Of a stretch of 64,000 bases of DNA, positions 63,233-64,000 are shown in pieces. The DNA is from Lama guanicoe. Taxonomy: Eukaryota. The notes under the pieces were generated by a model. That model was given only the letters and a program-made list of their open reading frames with translations. It ran no database searches and was not told the origin of the DNA. The stretch lies in NCBI GenBank assembly GCA_013239625.1, contig MU054212.1, positions 5,242,270 to 5,306,269 of the forward strand, given 5' to 3'. The position numbers and the translations under genes were made by a program. Every line of letters starts with the position of its first letter. Position 1 is the first letter of the stretch.

Positions 63233-64000
63233 TTCCTCCTCCTTAGGGTAGGATGGATTACCAACATGTTCTTTGTTCCTGCACACTGCGATACATGGTT
63301 CCTATTTATCATAGAAAGTAAAGGTTATCATAGTGTCTACTTGGAATTGCCTAGATATTATCAATAATTTCAGAACCCAATAATGGAGAAAAATTTTGTG
63401 TTAAATCTTGAGCCAGCTATTACAAGGATTATCTTCACTATTGATAGTTTCACATTACTGGAGACTAGTTTCTATTCTATGGAGAATAATTCAAGTTTTC
63501 AAGATAGAAAATCTCCAAACAGCTCTCCCCCTAGTAATGAAGCCTATATTTTTTCACAGTCACTAGCCCTGCCAAGCTATTTTTCTCTTGGATATTCTCG
63601 TGGATTTTTTTTCCAACAGTGGCTGCTGTTCAAACTTACATAATAGAATTGTCACACTTTATAAACTGTGTTGAATATTCTGATCCCTTTCATTTGAAGA
63701 GGTCCTCTATTTCATGCCCAACTAGCTTTGAGGTCCTTCTGAGATAATCAAGTAGTCATTGGCACCTTGCATGTAATAGCCACTGCTGCATGAAGAGTCC
63801 ATAAATTCAATCCTCTGTGCAAAAGCCATGGAAAACAGAGCCTTCCAGCTTAAATCACTGGCAGGCTACTCAATTAGATTTCTGAGGCTGATGCTGATCA
63901 ACAAAATTTTGGAGAGTATCTTCTCTTATTGATTGTACAATGTCAGAGGGCTTAGATATAAATTTTAACAACTGCTTTCTCCACAGAGTAACGTTATACA

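Noticed and set aside
329..63643. The six-frame ORF list as protein-coding genes
   Set aside because: All ORFs are 134 aa or shorter, and many begin at non-ATG codons. The only recognisable peptides are L1, ERV-L and Tigger remnants.

Overview
AT-rich mammalian genomic DNA. It is most likely a camelid (alpaca/llama/camel), based on a Vic-1-type tRNA-derived SINE and camelid-type L1 3' ends, with no Alu, B1, Bov-tA or PRE-1 seen. I recognise no intact protein-coding gene, RNA gene, CpG island or CRISPR array. The window looks intergenic or deep intronic, and the ORF track is chance ORFs plus decayed transposon frames. Content: (1) two ERV-L fossils (gag-pro-pol at about 2.5-6.7 kb; RNase H region, PPT and LTR16 at about 17.5-18.9 kb); (2) many solo LTRs (MLT1, MLT2, LTR16, MER74, MER34 and one young LTR running into an 81-N gap); (3) old and young L1s, L2 and MIR; (4) hAT and Tigger DNA transposons, including one Tigger copy with a readable HTH-HTH-DDE transposase remnant. 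The unique stretches hold a few enhancer-like motif clusters and unverified splice-site/exon candidates. I did not find a convincing novel biological system. Repeat family names come from my recall of consensus sequences and need RepeatMasker/Dfam confirmation. Boundaries of old elements are approximate.
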